Notes: a model not told the origin generated them from the sequence alone. Positions 37,273 through 49,609 are shown, counted from the first letter of the stretch. The stretch is 64,000 nt of DNA from Camelus dromedarius (GCF_036321535.1 NC_087450.1:53568001-53632000), one strand, 5' to 3'. Numbers and translations: made by a program.

Positions 37273-37337
37273 GGAGAAGGCAGAGGTCAACATCTTAAAA
37301 AGAGGTTGCAGTGTCTTCTTGAACGTTCACTAAGGTA

Positions 37338-37818
37338 CAGACAGACATCCTTTTATTGGGCTTCGCAGATACTGCGTTTTTTACGACGTGAAGGTTTGTG
37401 GCAGCCTTGCATCGAGCAAGTCTACGGGGGCAATTTTTCCAACAGCATTGGCTCACTTTGTGTCTCTCTATCACATTTTGGTAAATACGGCAATATTTCA
37501 AACTTTTTCATCATTATTTTATTTGTTCTGTGGATCTGTGATCAGTGATCAGTGATCCTTGATGTGACTACTAGGACTTGCTGAAGGCTCAGATGATGGT
37601 TAGAATTTTTTAGCAATAAGGTATTTTTTAATTAAGGTGTGTGCATTGTTTTTTAGACATAATAGTCTTGCACACACAATAGATCACAGTATATTGTAAA
37701 CATAACTTTTATATGCACTGGGAAACCCGAAAAATACGTGTGACTCACTTTCTTGCTATATTTGTTATATTGCTGTGATCTGAAACTGAACCCACAATAC
37801 CCTAAAAATCCAGTGCTG
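37338..37818 (+). mobile_element. Tigger1 internal-deletion derivative (Tigger1a_Art-like)
   Basis: TA at 37336-37337, then the Tigger1 left end ('cttcgcagatactgcgttttttac...gaaggtttgtggcagccttgcatcgagcaagtc') joined directly to the Tigger1 right end ('gctgaaggctcagatgat...aacataacttttatatgcactgggaaacc'). The right TIR is decayed. Confidence 0.9.
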
Positions 37819-39627
37819 TCTTGAATACACAAGGCAGAGCTGCTGCCAAGAGGGAGGAGAAGCCAAGCGGAGCTTTTTCACAACTCGAACTGCTCCCAGA
37901 GGATAGAGCTCCCTGGGGTCCGGAGAAGGGGTCATCAGGGCCCAGGTGAGCTCCAATCAACAGTGCTGCTCAGCCAGGGGAGGATATACAACCAGAGGAT
38001 GGGGTGGGGGACGGGGGGCCCTGGCTCCCTGAATCGGTGATTGTCTGTTGTCCTGCCCCCCTACCCAGGTGGCAGGCAGAGATAAATTAAGGGCAACCAA
38101 CAATGAAACTTCAACTTTCTAATGAACTTGGTGGAGTGTGCCTTCTATTTTTAACTGGCCCAATTTCTCGGTCATATCACATGACTCCTATTGTCTTGGC
38201 TGAGAATTATGAGAAACCGAGAGAGAGAGACAGAGAGAGAAAGAGAGGAAGAAATGGGGCCATATTTTCTAGATCAGGGAGGTGAACTCTCTAGATGAAT
38301 GCATATTTTCTCTTTAATTTGAAACTTGTCGAGTAACTTCAGAAAAAAAATGACTTCTTACTACCTCAGTGCTAAGACGGAACTAAAAGCTACAAAATGA
38401 CCTCATAGGGTCATATAGAAAGTTCTGAACTAAATAAGAAATTGCCTTGGAGAATATGTCAATATTCTAATTTCATTTAGTCTCAGAAGCCTCAAAAACT
38501 CTTTGGTTTGGAGATGGGGTGGGTTCATCTGGAATTTTTTTACAACTCATACGAGATTTCACCTTATTTTGGGCAGCACCTTACGTCAGGTAGTGGAAAG
38601 ATTACTGCTTTAAGTTTGGAGTTAAATGACACTCAGCCTTTGTCCACCAGTGTGGCTGGGCTTTGGCAAGTCTTGTCACATAGATATGTGCCCCGTATAT
38701 TATGCCGTCCCTTTGGTCTCGATGTGACATCTTCCAGAGCAACTGTCAGTGTCTTAAAGGCAATATGTAACTCACAGCTCACTATCCTTAAGAGAAGGGG
38801 AGGTGATGGTTTCCCACCTCTTACAAACGAAAGAAAGCCGAAGTGCTTCCCTAAGATTCATGAGTTTGACAAACCAACCAAACCACCCAGGACTCAGAAT
38901 TACCCACATTCAGCACATCCTAAAAATCAGAAGTCTGAATGCCCTTGTCGGGAAGTTGAATATCTGTTAAGAAACTAACTCCGGCATGTTTATCAGGCCC
39001 TCGTTCTGGATCCACTACGTTGAAGCCCACGACTCCCAACCCGTGTGCTGAGGTACCCAGAGACCCACAGCAGATTCACAGGAGAGGGAAGAGCATTTTA
39101 CATTTCGGAGCAATTCCTGACATCCACCAGTCACCGCACAAACCGTGAGCTCCAGGTCGTTCTGTGTTTCACCGTTCGGTTGTGCTACAGTCCATCCGAG
39201 GACACCAAATCCTTGCAGAGCCGGGCTCAGGGGGCTGTCAGCGACAACAAGCAGGTGCAGTGAGAAAACCACCCTGGAACCGAAAGTAAAGGTGGTGGCG
39301 CCCAGTCAGAGCCCAGGACCTGAGAAGCAGGGTCATACCTCGCACATCCGCCTCATCGGCGTTATTTACGGATGAAATAAAAATAGTCCCTTCTCTTTCA
39401 CTTGGTGGGAATTACTGTTTCAAATGGCTACTAATTTGTGGAGAGATAAATAATTTCTGAGTTGTTGGCTATAACTACTTGATAAACAGAACCATTAGGT
39501 ATTTCTTTTGGCCCAGGGGAACCTTGAGCCAAATTGATTTGGGAAACCTCTGGTTTAATTCTATAACCCTATCAGGCAGTCCCTCAGGTTCTTACTTGCA
39601 AAGTTGTATTAGAATGATTATGAACAC

Positions 39628-40195
39628 CGTGGCAGATTTTATTTTCCCCCCAAAACCACAGTAATATTTCTGATCCCATCTGTTTGTCTAGACTGTTGCC
39701 TCTCCTCTTAACAAAAGGTCAAGTTTAATTTACCTTCTCTTTGACCATGAGCCGGGCTCAGTGACTCGCTTCCAACGAAGGCTACGGAATACAGTGTGTA
39801 CAAGTGAAGCTGTGTGACTTTCAAGGCCGGGTGGAAAAGGCGATGTGACTTCAGCCTGGCCCTTGAAATGCTCACCCTTGGAACCCAGCCACCATGCTGT
39901 GAGGGAGCCCAAGCAGCCCACCACGTGGGGAAGATGAGACGGAGCGGAACCGAGCCCCCCAGCCGACAGCCAGCAGCTACTGCGAATCATATGACCAAAC
40001 GAGCCTTCAGATGATTCCAGCCCCAAACTTTGAATCTGGCAGCTAAGGCCCCAGACATCATGGAGCAAAAACAAGTCACTCCCTCTGTTCCCTGTTAGAA
40101 TTCCTGGCCCAGAGAATCAGTGAACATACTAAATGGTTGTTTTAAGCCTCTGAATTGTGCGGTACTTTGTTTCACAGCCTTAGATAATCAGAGCA
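39628..40195 (+). mobile_element. MLT1F/G-type MaLR solo LTR
   Basis: 'cttggaacccagccaccatgctgtgaggga...cccagacatcatggagca...ggttgttttaagcc...tagataatcagagca'. Confidence 0.85.
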
Positions 40196-40199
40196 AGTA

Positions 40200-40722
40200 T
40201 GATGGGTATCTATGAGCTGCCTGTGCAGCCCAAGAACTGCCACCTCTTCTTTAGAACTCCCTGCACATACATCCACCCTGTCCACATAGCTGCAGGGATA
40301 AGGCCCCCACACCTTGCTTGCATAGGGTGACTCCACCCCTCTGGCCACAGATGATCCCACGGGGAGTCATAACCTGACCAAACTGGGCCAATCCATGTCC
40401 CGACTCAGGAATTTTGAGTTGAGAGAGACAAACAGAGAGAGATGGATTCTCCTGTTGTGACTGGGTCCCACGTCCTACAAATTCAGGAGCGTTGGGGCAG
40501 CCGTCTTCTACGCCACGGAGAGACCGGCAAACAGAGAGAGAGAAAGAAACAGACGGTCAGGGAAGAGGAGAGGTAACAGAAGGAGAAGACTGCTCAGGTT
40601 TCACAAGGACTGACATTTCTGGATTCCAATTCCTCCTGAGGCTTGAGAGAGCTACCTCCGAACCCTCTCTTTAAAATAATTCCCTCTTGTCTTGCTTAAG
40701 TTAACTCAAGTTGCTTTCTGCA
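40200..40722 (+). mobile_element. Old MLT1 (J/K/L-like) LTR
   Basis: 'cataacctgaccaaactgggccaatc...ttccctcttgtcttgcttaagttaactcaagttgctttctg'. Confidence 0.55.
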
Positions 40723-43700
40723 GCCTAAGGGGAACTTTGCACATCTATGTAGCCCTTTCGAGCCCCCTGAGCCTGTTTACATGACCAATCTCATAGGATC
40801 CTCACCATAACTCTGTAAGATGTATATTAAAACCCCCGCCATAAAGAAAAAGAAATGGAGGTCCAGGGGAAGTGTCACAGTCGAAGGTTCACAGGAAGAA
40901 GCAGAGATTAAACTAGAAATAGAATCTGTCCTACGTCTCCAAATGCCAGGCCCTGGGAGACACTTCCTCTTCCTGCTCTGTACAAGTGGAGATTGATACC
41001 TAGTGTGTCCTCAGAAACCAACTGTGTTCATAGCCTTTACCTGTTGCTGGGTGGGACTCGGATGTTCAGGATTCAAGCCAGTCCTCAGGGAGGCCAGACC
41101 CTCAGCCAGTGAAGCGGCGTGCCCAGCACCCAGTAAGCTCAGTCCCCAGGGAGCAACTTGCCCAGTCCGTCCTGTGGGTGCCCCAGATAAGAGACCCCGC
41201 AGGCCTGAGCTGGCCAGAGAAGCAGCCCCAAGGAGATGGAGCTAGGAGGTTGAGATCTGGACAAGCAGGAGGTGAGGGGGTTGGTGTTCTGAAATTGCTT
41301 CGAAGGATCTTCCCCTCAGTTTCTTTAAGAAGAAAAAAATCTGAACTTTGCCATCCTCAAGGCTCACAATTCTCCTGGAGAAAGTTTGCCGGAGAAAGCA
41401 CCTGGTCCAGCCTCCACCGATGCATAATTCACCCTCCGGGCATGAATCCCCTCTGCAAAATCCCAGCGACGCTCAAAGCTCCCGCTCCTGAGCAAGAGGG
41501 AAGGGGCGGTGGGGGCCGTGGAAAGGGCAGAAGCGCAGAACGATCCACGTCCATATCCTGACCCTGCCACGTATTCGCTCTGGTCACTTAGGATTTCTAA
41601 CCCTCAGCATTCTCATCTCTCACCTTCAATGGACGTTGTGGAGCTCAGAGCAAAGGTAGATGGAGTGCCCGACATCGTCCTGAGACAGCGGATGCTTAAT
41701 AAAGTCTAACCAACGATCTCATCTGACAGCCCGTCCAACCTCTGTGCAGTGCTAACCGTCAGAAATGCTTTCTTCTGTGTGGATGAGTGAAGTCTGCCTG
41801 CCCAGAATGCCCACCACTGACCCAGTCTTGCCCTCCAGAGCGCAGAGGAGGAGGTCAGGCGCTCGGCCTCCAGCAGCCCTTCAGACACCACTGCCTCCTG
41901 CCTCCACTCTCAGACAGTCCCTCCCCTGCTCCCCACAGCGGGATTTCTGAAGCTGTGCCTGGGGAGACAGCACACATTGAAAGCCTTGTTTGCATGGTAA
42001 CTCCTCTCTGAGTCGGTTCAGCTGCTTCCGTCAATACAGCCCTCAGATAAGATGCTGGAACTCAGAATGTTTGGCTCAGGAGCAATCTGCTACAACTGAA
42101 TCATACGTCCTGCACCCTGTGGGTAACGTCCTCCAAAAGGCAACATCCGCGTTCCCCAGCCTTTCACACCCCTCCCCGCCACCCCCACCCCATGCTTGGC
42201 CTCACCACTGCACAAACAGAAGCCAAAGGGAAAGGTCCAATTATTCCATGGAGATTTAGCTACTGTATTGACAAAACTCAGCGTTAATTCCCAGAAAGCA
42301 TTCAAGCCCCGAGGTGGGGGCGGGGGTGGAGGGAGGGAGGGCTCGCTGGTTAACTGGGTGAGAGTCATAGCCGCTTTTCAGCGGAATCTGACCTAGTTTA
42401 ATGGAATCAGGTCATCTGTGAGCTCTTCATTACCCTCAGACTAAACAGAACCCAACAGAGCGGCCAATGTCCCTGGCCTTTCCGAATTCTGCTCATTCGT
42501 ATTATGACATTTTGATGTTGGGTCTTAATGCGTGTTGACTTAGCGGCTGGGCCCCTCTAAAGGTAGTAAACAGCCTGGGTGAAGGCAGGAAAGTAAACAA
42601 GAGGACTGATTTTAAAAGCACACACACACAAAGGCAGTGTAAATACCCCAGGTCCCCAGCCTGCATCCTCAGGGAAACCAGCAGACAAAAGGCGTCGCAA
42701 GCGTCTGTGACTATTATCGCTGACTGATGGATGGAACTCACCTATTATCCTGCCGCCTTCTCAAATGGAACTCGCGGTTTCAGCAGATCTTTGGGGCAGG
42801 GGGCGGGCTGGGAGGGAAATGAAATTGTCAATTTCAGGATGGTATGTTGGATTCAAGGGCAAATTGCTCCCTGGCAACAACTGTAGAGGACAGAGAGTTC
42901 CCCCTCTTGAGACTGTCCTGGGGGCTGGTGATGGCTTTATTTCATCTGCTGCCCGATCTGCATTTTCCTGAAACCAAAACCCTCAGCCTGGGAGGCGGGA
43001 ATGAGCCTCCTCCTCTCAGTGGATGTTCATTAATTGAATGACTATTTACAGAAGAAAATGATACGTGTGTGTTCCCTGTCCTTATGAGGAGTGCCACAGA
43101 CTGTCAACCTCAGAAAGGACAGGATGCTCTATCAGGAATAAACATAACAGAGGTGGCCCAAGGACTGAGTGTCTGGGGTGTGGTGGTATTTTTAACTCAA
43201 GATAAACTTAACGACAGGCACAGACTGGTGTGGGCTGAGAGCCAGGGGAGACAGGAAGACATTCCCACATACACTGGATACTCTCTGAAGTCCCTGGTCC
43301 TGTGTGAGGTCCAGCATCTCACATGGTGATGAATTTGGTCTGAGTTTGGCTAATGGAGCACTGGCTTCTGTCTATTGAGTAATGGTCCACAGAGGGAAAG
43401 TCTGATGCTTTCGCCCTCCCTCCTCAAGAAAACATTCCTTGTCAGTTACCTTAGTTAAGGGCCCTGTCCCTGTTCAGAGATGCCTGGGGACTTGCAAACA
43501 TAGGCCGGGAGAAGTGAAATACTGACTTGCGGGTGACCCTGGGCAAGGATTGTCCCCTCTCTGAGCTTTAGTTTTTCCATGTATCCAATGAGGAGGGTCT
43601 ATCATATAGTTACTAAGGGCTTTCTAGGAAGAGCATTCTGATTTCAGAGTCCTAAAACCATTTTCTGGCTCAGTCCCTCATGTCACCAGGCTCTTTTTCA

Positions 43701-43900
43701 GAGCTGGTATACCCTGGTGAAGCTGTCCTCCTGGTCCTCTGGGATCCATCACTGATCTTGGCTTCCTTAATCCCAGGCTCTGACACTGGTCTGCTCACCC
43801 CCAGCCCTGCCATTTGACAGTCGTGTTTGGCCTAGATCTATTGTTTCCTTTCATGATTATTAAACACGGTCGAACAGAGCACAAAATGTTTCCTTCCCAA

Positions 43901-44629
43901 TATTCCAACACTGTTGGTGGGAGTGTAATTTTGTGCAGCCACTATGGAAAACAGTATGGAGATTCCTTTAAAAACTAAAAATAGACTTACCATATGCTCT
44001 AGCAATCCCACTCCTGGGCATATATAGAGAGAAAACTCCAATTTGAGAAGATACATGCACCCCAGTGTTCATAGCAGCACTGTTTACANNNNNNNNNNNN
44101 NNNNNNNNNNNNNNNNNNNNNNNNNNNNNNNNNNNNNNNNNNNNNNNNNNNNNNNNNNNNNNNNNNNNNNNNNNNNNNNNNNNNNNNNNNNNNNNNNNNN
44201 NNNNNNNNNNNNNNNNNNAGATTATCTTACTAAGTCAAGTAAGTCAGACAGAAAAAGACAAATATCACATGATTTCACTTACACGTGGAAGCTAAAGAGA
44301 TGAGACAAATGAATTTATTTACAAAACAGAAACAGACTCACAAACATAGAAAATAAACTCACGGTCACCAAAGGGGAAAAGGATGGGGAGGGATAAATTA
44401 AAAGTCTGGGATTAGTAGATACAAACAACTATATATAAAATAGATAAACAACAAGTTCCTACAGTATAGCACAGGGAATTACATGCAATAGCTTGTAATA
44501 ATCCATAATGAAAAAGACTATATATATATATATACATATGTATAACTGAATCACTATGCTATACACCAGAAATTAACATAATATTGTAAATCAACTATAC
44601 TTCAATTTAAAAAAAGAAGAAGAAAAAAA
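43901..44629 (+). mobile_element. 5'-truncated L1 with poly(A) tail and target-site duplication
   Basis: ORF2 C-terminal peptides (MFIAALFT...SQTEKDKYHMISL), 3' UTR and A-rich tail. Perfect TSD GTTTCCTTCCCAA at 43888-43900 and 44630-44642. N gap at 44089-44218. Confidence 0.97.
44089..44218. other. Assembly gap (130 N) inside L1
   Basis: Run of N. Confidence 0.99.
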
Positions 44630-45115
44630 GTTTCCTTCCCAAAGGCAAGGAACTGAAAGCTGGTCTATTCTGTGGCTCTCCAGAGCCAAGGGGATGGAGG
44701 CCAATGGGACTGGGTACGCCCCTGTGCCTGGCCTGACAACCAGCGTTTGACTCTGTGGAGAGAAGCAAGATCCTGCCAGCAGAATGATGGCTGAGATTCT
44801 GGCTTTAACCCGTCTGTACTATCTAATCGGGGAAATGGCAGGATCGAGTTTCCTGTTTTATTGGCATTCGATGATATATATTGAGTGACCATGTCTGCAG
44901 TGAGGCAATTGGTTTAAAAGGGGGTTATAAGGATTGACTTGTATTTAAGTGCTTAGAATTCCAGAATGGTAATTATCTCGATGTGCATCCTAATTTATAG
45001 GAACTCCAGGGAGCTCGACAGCATATAAATTTGAGCCTGTCTAAGTGAGTCCCTGAAAGAACATCTCTAATCAGAGAGGCAGAAAAGCCAAAAGAAAACC
45101 TAGAGAAGTTTGGTT

Positions 45116-45339
45116 CAGTGGTTCTCAACCATTTAGCCACAGAATCTAGTTTTTGCAGTAAAAGCTTACCTAAAAACCAAATACATAAAAAAGATCCAAG
45201 TGGAACTGCTCAGGCAGAAGTAGAGTTAGGGCCCAAAGCCCTAACTCCCTTTTCCTATTTCAGCCCCTTCCCCAAGCCATGAGGGCCAAGGCCCCATAGA
45301 ACTCTTAGGGCTCTAAGGAATATAATTTGAAAAACAATG
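45116..45339. mobile_element. hAT-Charlie MITE (MER102-like), followed by a minus-strand MIR to about 45480
   Basis: Termini 'cagtggttctcaac' and 'tttgaaaaacaatg'; internal 'tagggctctaaggaa'. Confidence 0.65.
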
Positions 45340-45849
45340 AACTACTCCAGACTTCTCAGTATGTAGATGAGGACACCGAAGTCTAGAAAGACAAAATGAC
45401 TTGCCAAAATCAGAGAGTAAGTCAGAGACAGAAGAGGAACTACATTTTCACATCCCTGAGTGATGCTCGCTGATCATCAAGTGCCCAGTTTTTATGGTGC
45501 CCCAGCCAATCTTCAGTGTTTACTTTCATTCAAAAACTAATTTAAAACGTGCCTTTTCGTACAACTGAAACAATGTTTTAGCCATGATCAGAGGAGAGGC
45601 ACAACATGGTGGTGGAAAGGCAGCTGATCTGAAGTAGGAGGTGGTACATTACCTTAGACAAGCCCTTTTCCTTTCTGGGAAGCATCCCCTGCCTCTGTCG
45701 AATTAGGGGTGGGACTGGGGATGGGAGACACTAAACCCACTGACTTTAAGGTTCACACAAATTTTACAGCTAAATATTGTGGATTTAGAATCCCCAAAGT
45801 CATCTTCTCTCTATTCTCCCATAAATGAATCCTTTAAATAATTTTAGCT

Positions 45850-46600
45850 TAGCTAAGACGGAAAATTCAATAAAAAGAGTAGAAAATAAAAATGAGGAAT
45901 CTTCTAGATCTTCTTCAATAGAAAAGATTTGGAAAATAGAACAAAAAAAGATGAACTGTCAGGATCAATCCAGGATCCCTAACATCTGACTAACACTATT
46001 TATAGAAAGAGAAAATTTATAGGGTAGAAAATGATTAAAGACATGATTTTCTTTTTTTAAACAAAATTTCCTAAGAGGAAAGGACATGAGCTCCAGGATT
46101 CAAAAATGAAAAAAAGAATGAAAAAAAAATTACAGTAAGTTACATCAGTGTAAAGTTTCAAAACATAGAGATAAGGAAAGATTTAAAAGCTGCCATGGAA
46201 TAAGATTACAATTCTACCTAAAGAAATGGCATCAGACTTTTCAACAGCAACACAGAACGTTAGAAAACAAAGAAGCAGTGCTTTCAATTTCAGGAAGAAA
46301 GCGATTTTCAACATAAATCTCTATACCCAGCCAAATTAGCTAAATAATGTGAAAATATAATGATTTTTTTAAATGCAAGAACTCAACAATTTTACATCTC
46401 ATACACCATTTCTTAGGAAGCTAGCATAAGTTATGCTCCATCAAAACTAGAGATTAAACAATTAGAGAGAGAGAGAGAGAGATACACAGATACATAGGTA
46501 TGTAGATGAGTGGGGGTGGGGTGATAGATAAACAAAACAAACCAGCAAACCAGGAATACAACAGCCAACATAAAAAGGCAGCAATGATAAGTCATATGTC
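45850..46600 (+). mobile_element. HAL1 / old L1 ORF1-like region (5' part)
   Basis: A-rich; 'ggcatcagacttttcaacagcaacac...ctctatacccagccaaattagc' matches the L1/HAL1 ORF1 C-terminal region, with no ORF2 following. Confidence 0.7.
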
Positions 46601-46604
46601 CCAA

Positions 46605-47465
46605 ACAAAATAGGCTAGGCTTGGCTGCTGGAGCTTACAATTACAAAGGTTTACTTCTTGCTGCACTGTGGCTGTGGCTGTTCGCTGTGGCTCTGCTCCA
46701 TGTTGTCCTTATGTAATAGCGAAGAACAAGATGATGCCATGTTAGAGCTGCTCCTTCAGCTCTAACCCAGTGTTCTGTTTCCTGGGCTGAGTCACGCTGG
46801 TTCTGTACCTTTTGTAAAAAGAATGTTGCCTATAGCCGGAAATCTACAGGACAGCCCATTCTCAAGGCTCTGATTTTTAAGGGTGTAACAATTTTCCATT
46901 CATTTAGAGACAAAAAGTTGCAGAACAGAGAATAACATTTGTCTCCTTGGAGGTTTTCAGAAACATCATGACCTGACCTACGTGGACAGCTGCAAGAACA
47001 AAGGATTCCAATACCAAGAAGTCTGCAATAACCAACCACACCTCTTCCTCTTTCTAGTATAAAAGGAGCCTGAATTATGACTTGGAGAAGGTGGTTCTCC
47101 AGGACAATAGTCTGCTATCTTCTCAGTCTGCTGGCTTCCCAAATAATATTGTTATTCCTCGCCCCAACACCTTGTCTCCCGATTTATTGGCCTGTTGTGC
47201 AGTGGGCAGAACAAGATTGGACTCGGTAACACTTACTTCAGATCTAACCTGATGGAGCATCTTTTATCTGAAATGTTGACAGCCATCATGGCAGAGGATA
47301 AAAGAAATCATGGCAAACCATACTCAGGCTCTAAAATTTCTTCTGAGAAGTGATACACACACATGCCACGTCTACTCACATTTCATTGGCCCAAGCAAGC
47401 CACAAGACTAAGCCTGTTATCAATGGGACTTGGAAATATAATGCCTATCCAGGAAGGCACAGTGA
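46605..47465 (-). mobile_element. MLT1J/K-type LTR split by an ERV1 LTR (pieces 46605-46711 and 47236-47465)
   Basis: 'ggctaggc...caaaggtttacttcttgct...gctctgctccatg' resumes as 'ctgatggagc...catcatggcagagg...ctcacatttcattggcccaagcaag'. Confidence 0.75.
46712..47231 (+). mobile_element. ERV1-class solo LTR (520 bp)
   Basis: TG...CA termini ('tgtaatagcg...ggactcggtaaca'); perfect 4-bp TSD CTTA at 46708-46711 and 47232-47235; TATAAAA at 47058-47064; decayed poly(A)-signal region near 47140. Confidence 0.9.
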
Positions 47466-47589
47466 CTATGTTTTACCATGCAGTCTACTACATCCCAGGA
47501 TGACAGCTGTGGATCAGGCTTCAAAAGCAACCCAGATGGAAGCAGAAGACAGAGAGCCATGGGAGGGAGTTCTGCAGGTGGGAAAATGT

Positions 47590-48200
47590 AACTGATGGAT
47601 GTAAGCACTTGGAGAAAAAAAAAAACTCTTTCTAGAACTTAAAAGATTTTTTAAAATGAAGGATATGCACAGAGTCCTATGTCAAGAATTATTAACTCCA
47701 GAAGAAACCAAAATACTGTATTTTTTTTAAAAAGGAAATATTCTTGTCTTTTAAGTGAAAAATATTTTCATAGTAAAAGTATAAATCCTGACTACTGATT
47801 AAACTACAAATTGAGAAGTAATAATATTGGGAGGATGGGAAGAGAGGAAGTGACGGAGGTAGTTATAAGAAGCTTAAATCCTCAAGACAACCAAAGTAAC
47901 CAGAAGATTGAAGATACTCTTTCCTGGATTCTGATTCTGTAATACCTTGTGCTCCATCAGGAATGAGTAACGCACCGTAACCAACTAGAGGTGCACTGGC
48001 AGTCAATATGAATAATGCCCAGCATTAATAAATTTAAAAATACCAATACAAGCATGTAGAAAAATGGAAATAAATCACATAAAAACCAACTTAAAGTGCT
48101 GAAACCAGTTGCCTTTAAGGAACAAAGCCAGGAGGTAATGGAATAGAGCAGGGGATTTCTGTTGTTGCTGCTAAAACAATGTCCATTTTACTTTAACAAA
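47590..48200 (+). mobile_element. HAL1 / old L1 (3' part)
   Basis: A-rich continuation after the nested LTRs, ending with 'gaaaccagttgcctttaaggaac', an old L1/HAL1 tail motif. Confidence 0.55.
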
Positions 48201-49121
48201 AATACAAATAAAATACAAATGTGTGTTGTGTATGTGTGTATATATACACACATACACACACATACATACATGGCAGGCAATTTCTGGTTCACTTTTGGAA
48301 GTCAGCAGGGTATAGATCATAAATAAATAATAAAATACTTACATTTAAATGATTAATTTTCAAGGCATCCAGACATAATAAATTGAACCTGACGTTATAA
48401 CCATCCTAGCGGTAATGCAAGCTTTCTTTGATGATTCAGAAGGGACTTTAAGGACCTGGCAATGACCTGAGGTCATTTCTCTGGACATCCTTCCTCATTC
48501 TTTCCTAATTTGTTAGTCTTGTAGGAATTGACTTCATGTTGGTCATTTAAAAATCTCAAAGAATCTTTCTCTTTGGTAAACACAAACCCCCTCCAGAGGT
48601 TCAATTAATGATGCTGGGAAAGTCCACAGCTTTCCCTTTGCTCCTCAGCTGACTGGGAAGAGCTGAGGGCTTCTGGCTCAGTCAGAGAGCCAAGCTTTGC
48701 AAACCAAGACGCGGAGACCCAGCTGAGAGGAGACATCCTCGTGTCCTCCGAGGCAGAAAGCATCAAATTAACGGAAGCCACTCTGGGGAATCTGGAAACT
48801 ATAGGTCCATCATGCCCAAATATCGCCATGTGGGATGTATAACCAACCTCTCTGAGCTAGAAATTTCTCTGGGATTGTTTTGCTTGCCCTCAAAAGGTTG
48901 GGCTGATATGCATGTCTTGAAACAGATTTTACTTGAGAGTTCAAAAAAAAAACAAAAACAACCAGTCTTTCAGGTAAGTTCATTCTGTGATATATCCATA
49001 TGAAAATATCATATATAAATATTAAAAATCACATTTACAGAAAAATTCCTAGTGTCATGTAAAATATTTATAATGTTAAGATTAAAAAGCAGAAACTGAT
49101 ATATAATCTATAAATTGAATA

Positions 49122-49141
49122 TGTGTGTGTGTGTGTGTGTG
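49122..49141. repeat. (TG)10 microsatellite inside an old L1-like 3' fragment (about 49000-49240)
   Basis: Directly visible. Confidence 0.9.
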
Positions 49142-49259
49142 TTGCATGTTAATGGTACATATGTCTGGATGGTGAGACTGACCGATTTTTAGTGAATTTT
49201 ATGAAAATCAAGTACCATTTAAATAGAAATTTAAAAGAAGCATGAAATCACTATAGATG

Positions 49260-49400
49260 GACAAGCAGGTGGGAGATCCAGAATTTCGTCCTGGTTCACC
49301 AACCAATCAACTGGACGACAACTGAGCAAATGTATTCACCTCTTGGGCCTCAGTTTCCCCATATGTGTAATGAAGCAATTGAATAAGAAAAGTGATGTCC
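49260..49400 (+). mobile_element. MIR SINE
   Basis: 'cacctcttgggcctcagtttccccatatgtgtaatgaag'. Confidence 0.75.
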
Positions 49401-49522
49401 ACTTCTTCACAAAGCCGGACCCCAGTACCCGGGGGCTTCACATCCTCCATACCAGCTCTATCCTTTTAGCTAAGCATGCAGTTACATAATCTCTAGTCAC
49501 TACTGGTCATATTTTTATGTGA

Positions 49523-49609
49523 TTTTTTTTTAATGGAGATACTGAGAACTGAACCCAGGACCTTGTGCATGCTAAGTGTGAGCTCTTACCACTGAGCTAT
49601 GCCCACCCC
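49523..49609 (-). mobile_element. Short tRNA-Ala-derived SINE (head + poly(A) only)
   Basis: The reverse complement reads ggggtgggcatagctcagtggtaagagctcacacttagcatgcacaaggtcctgggttcagttctcagtatctccattaaaaaaaaa. TSD core TGTGATTTT at 49518-49526 and 49620-49628. Confidence 0.9.

Noticed and set aside
27031-44218. N runs as deliberately hidden or novel sequence
   Set aside because: The three L1-associated gaps sit in or next to the high-copy L1 ORF2 3' region, and the two internal ones are about the size of the missing L1 segment. This fits short-read scaffold gaps.
48926-48973. Plus-strand exon candidates (48926-48973 with CAG|gtaagt; 6738-6785 with CAG|gtgagt)
   Set aside because: Weak acceptors, an internal poly(A) run or unrecognised peptides, and no consistent plus-strand chain. 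They are within pseudo-exon expectation.
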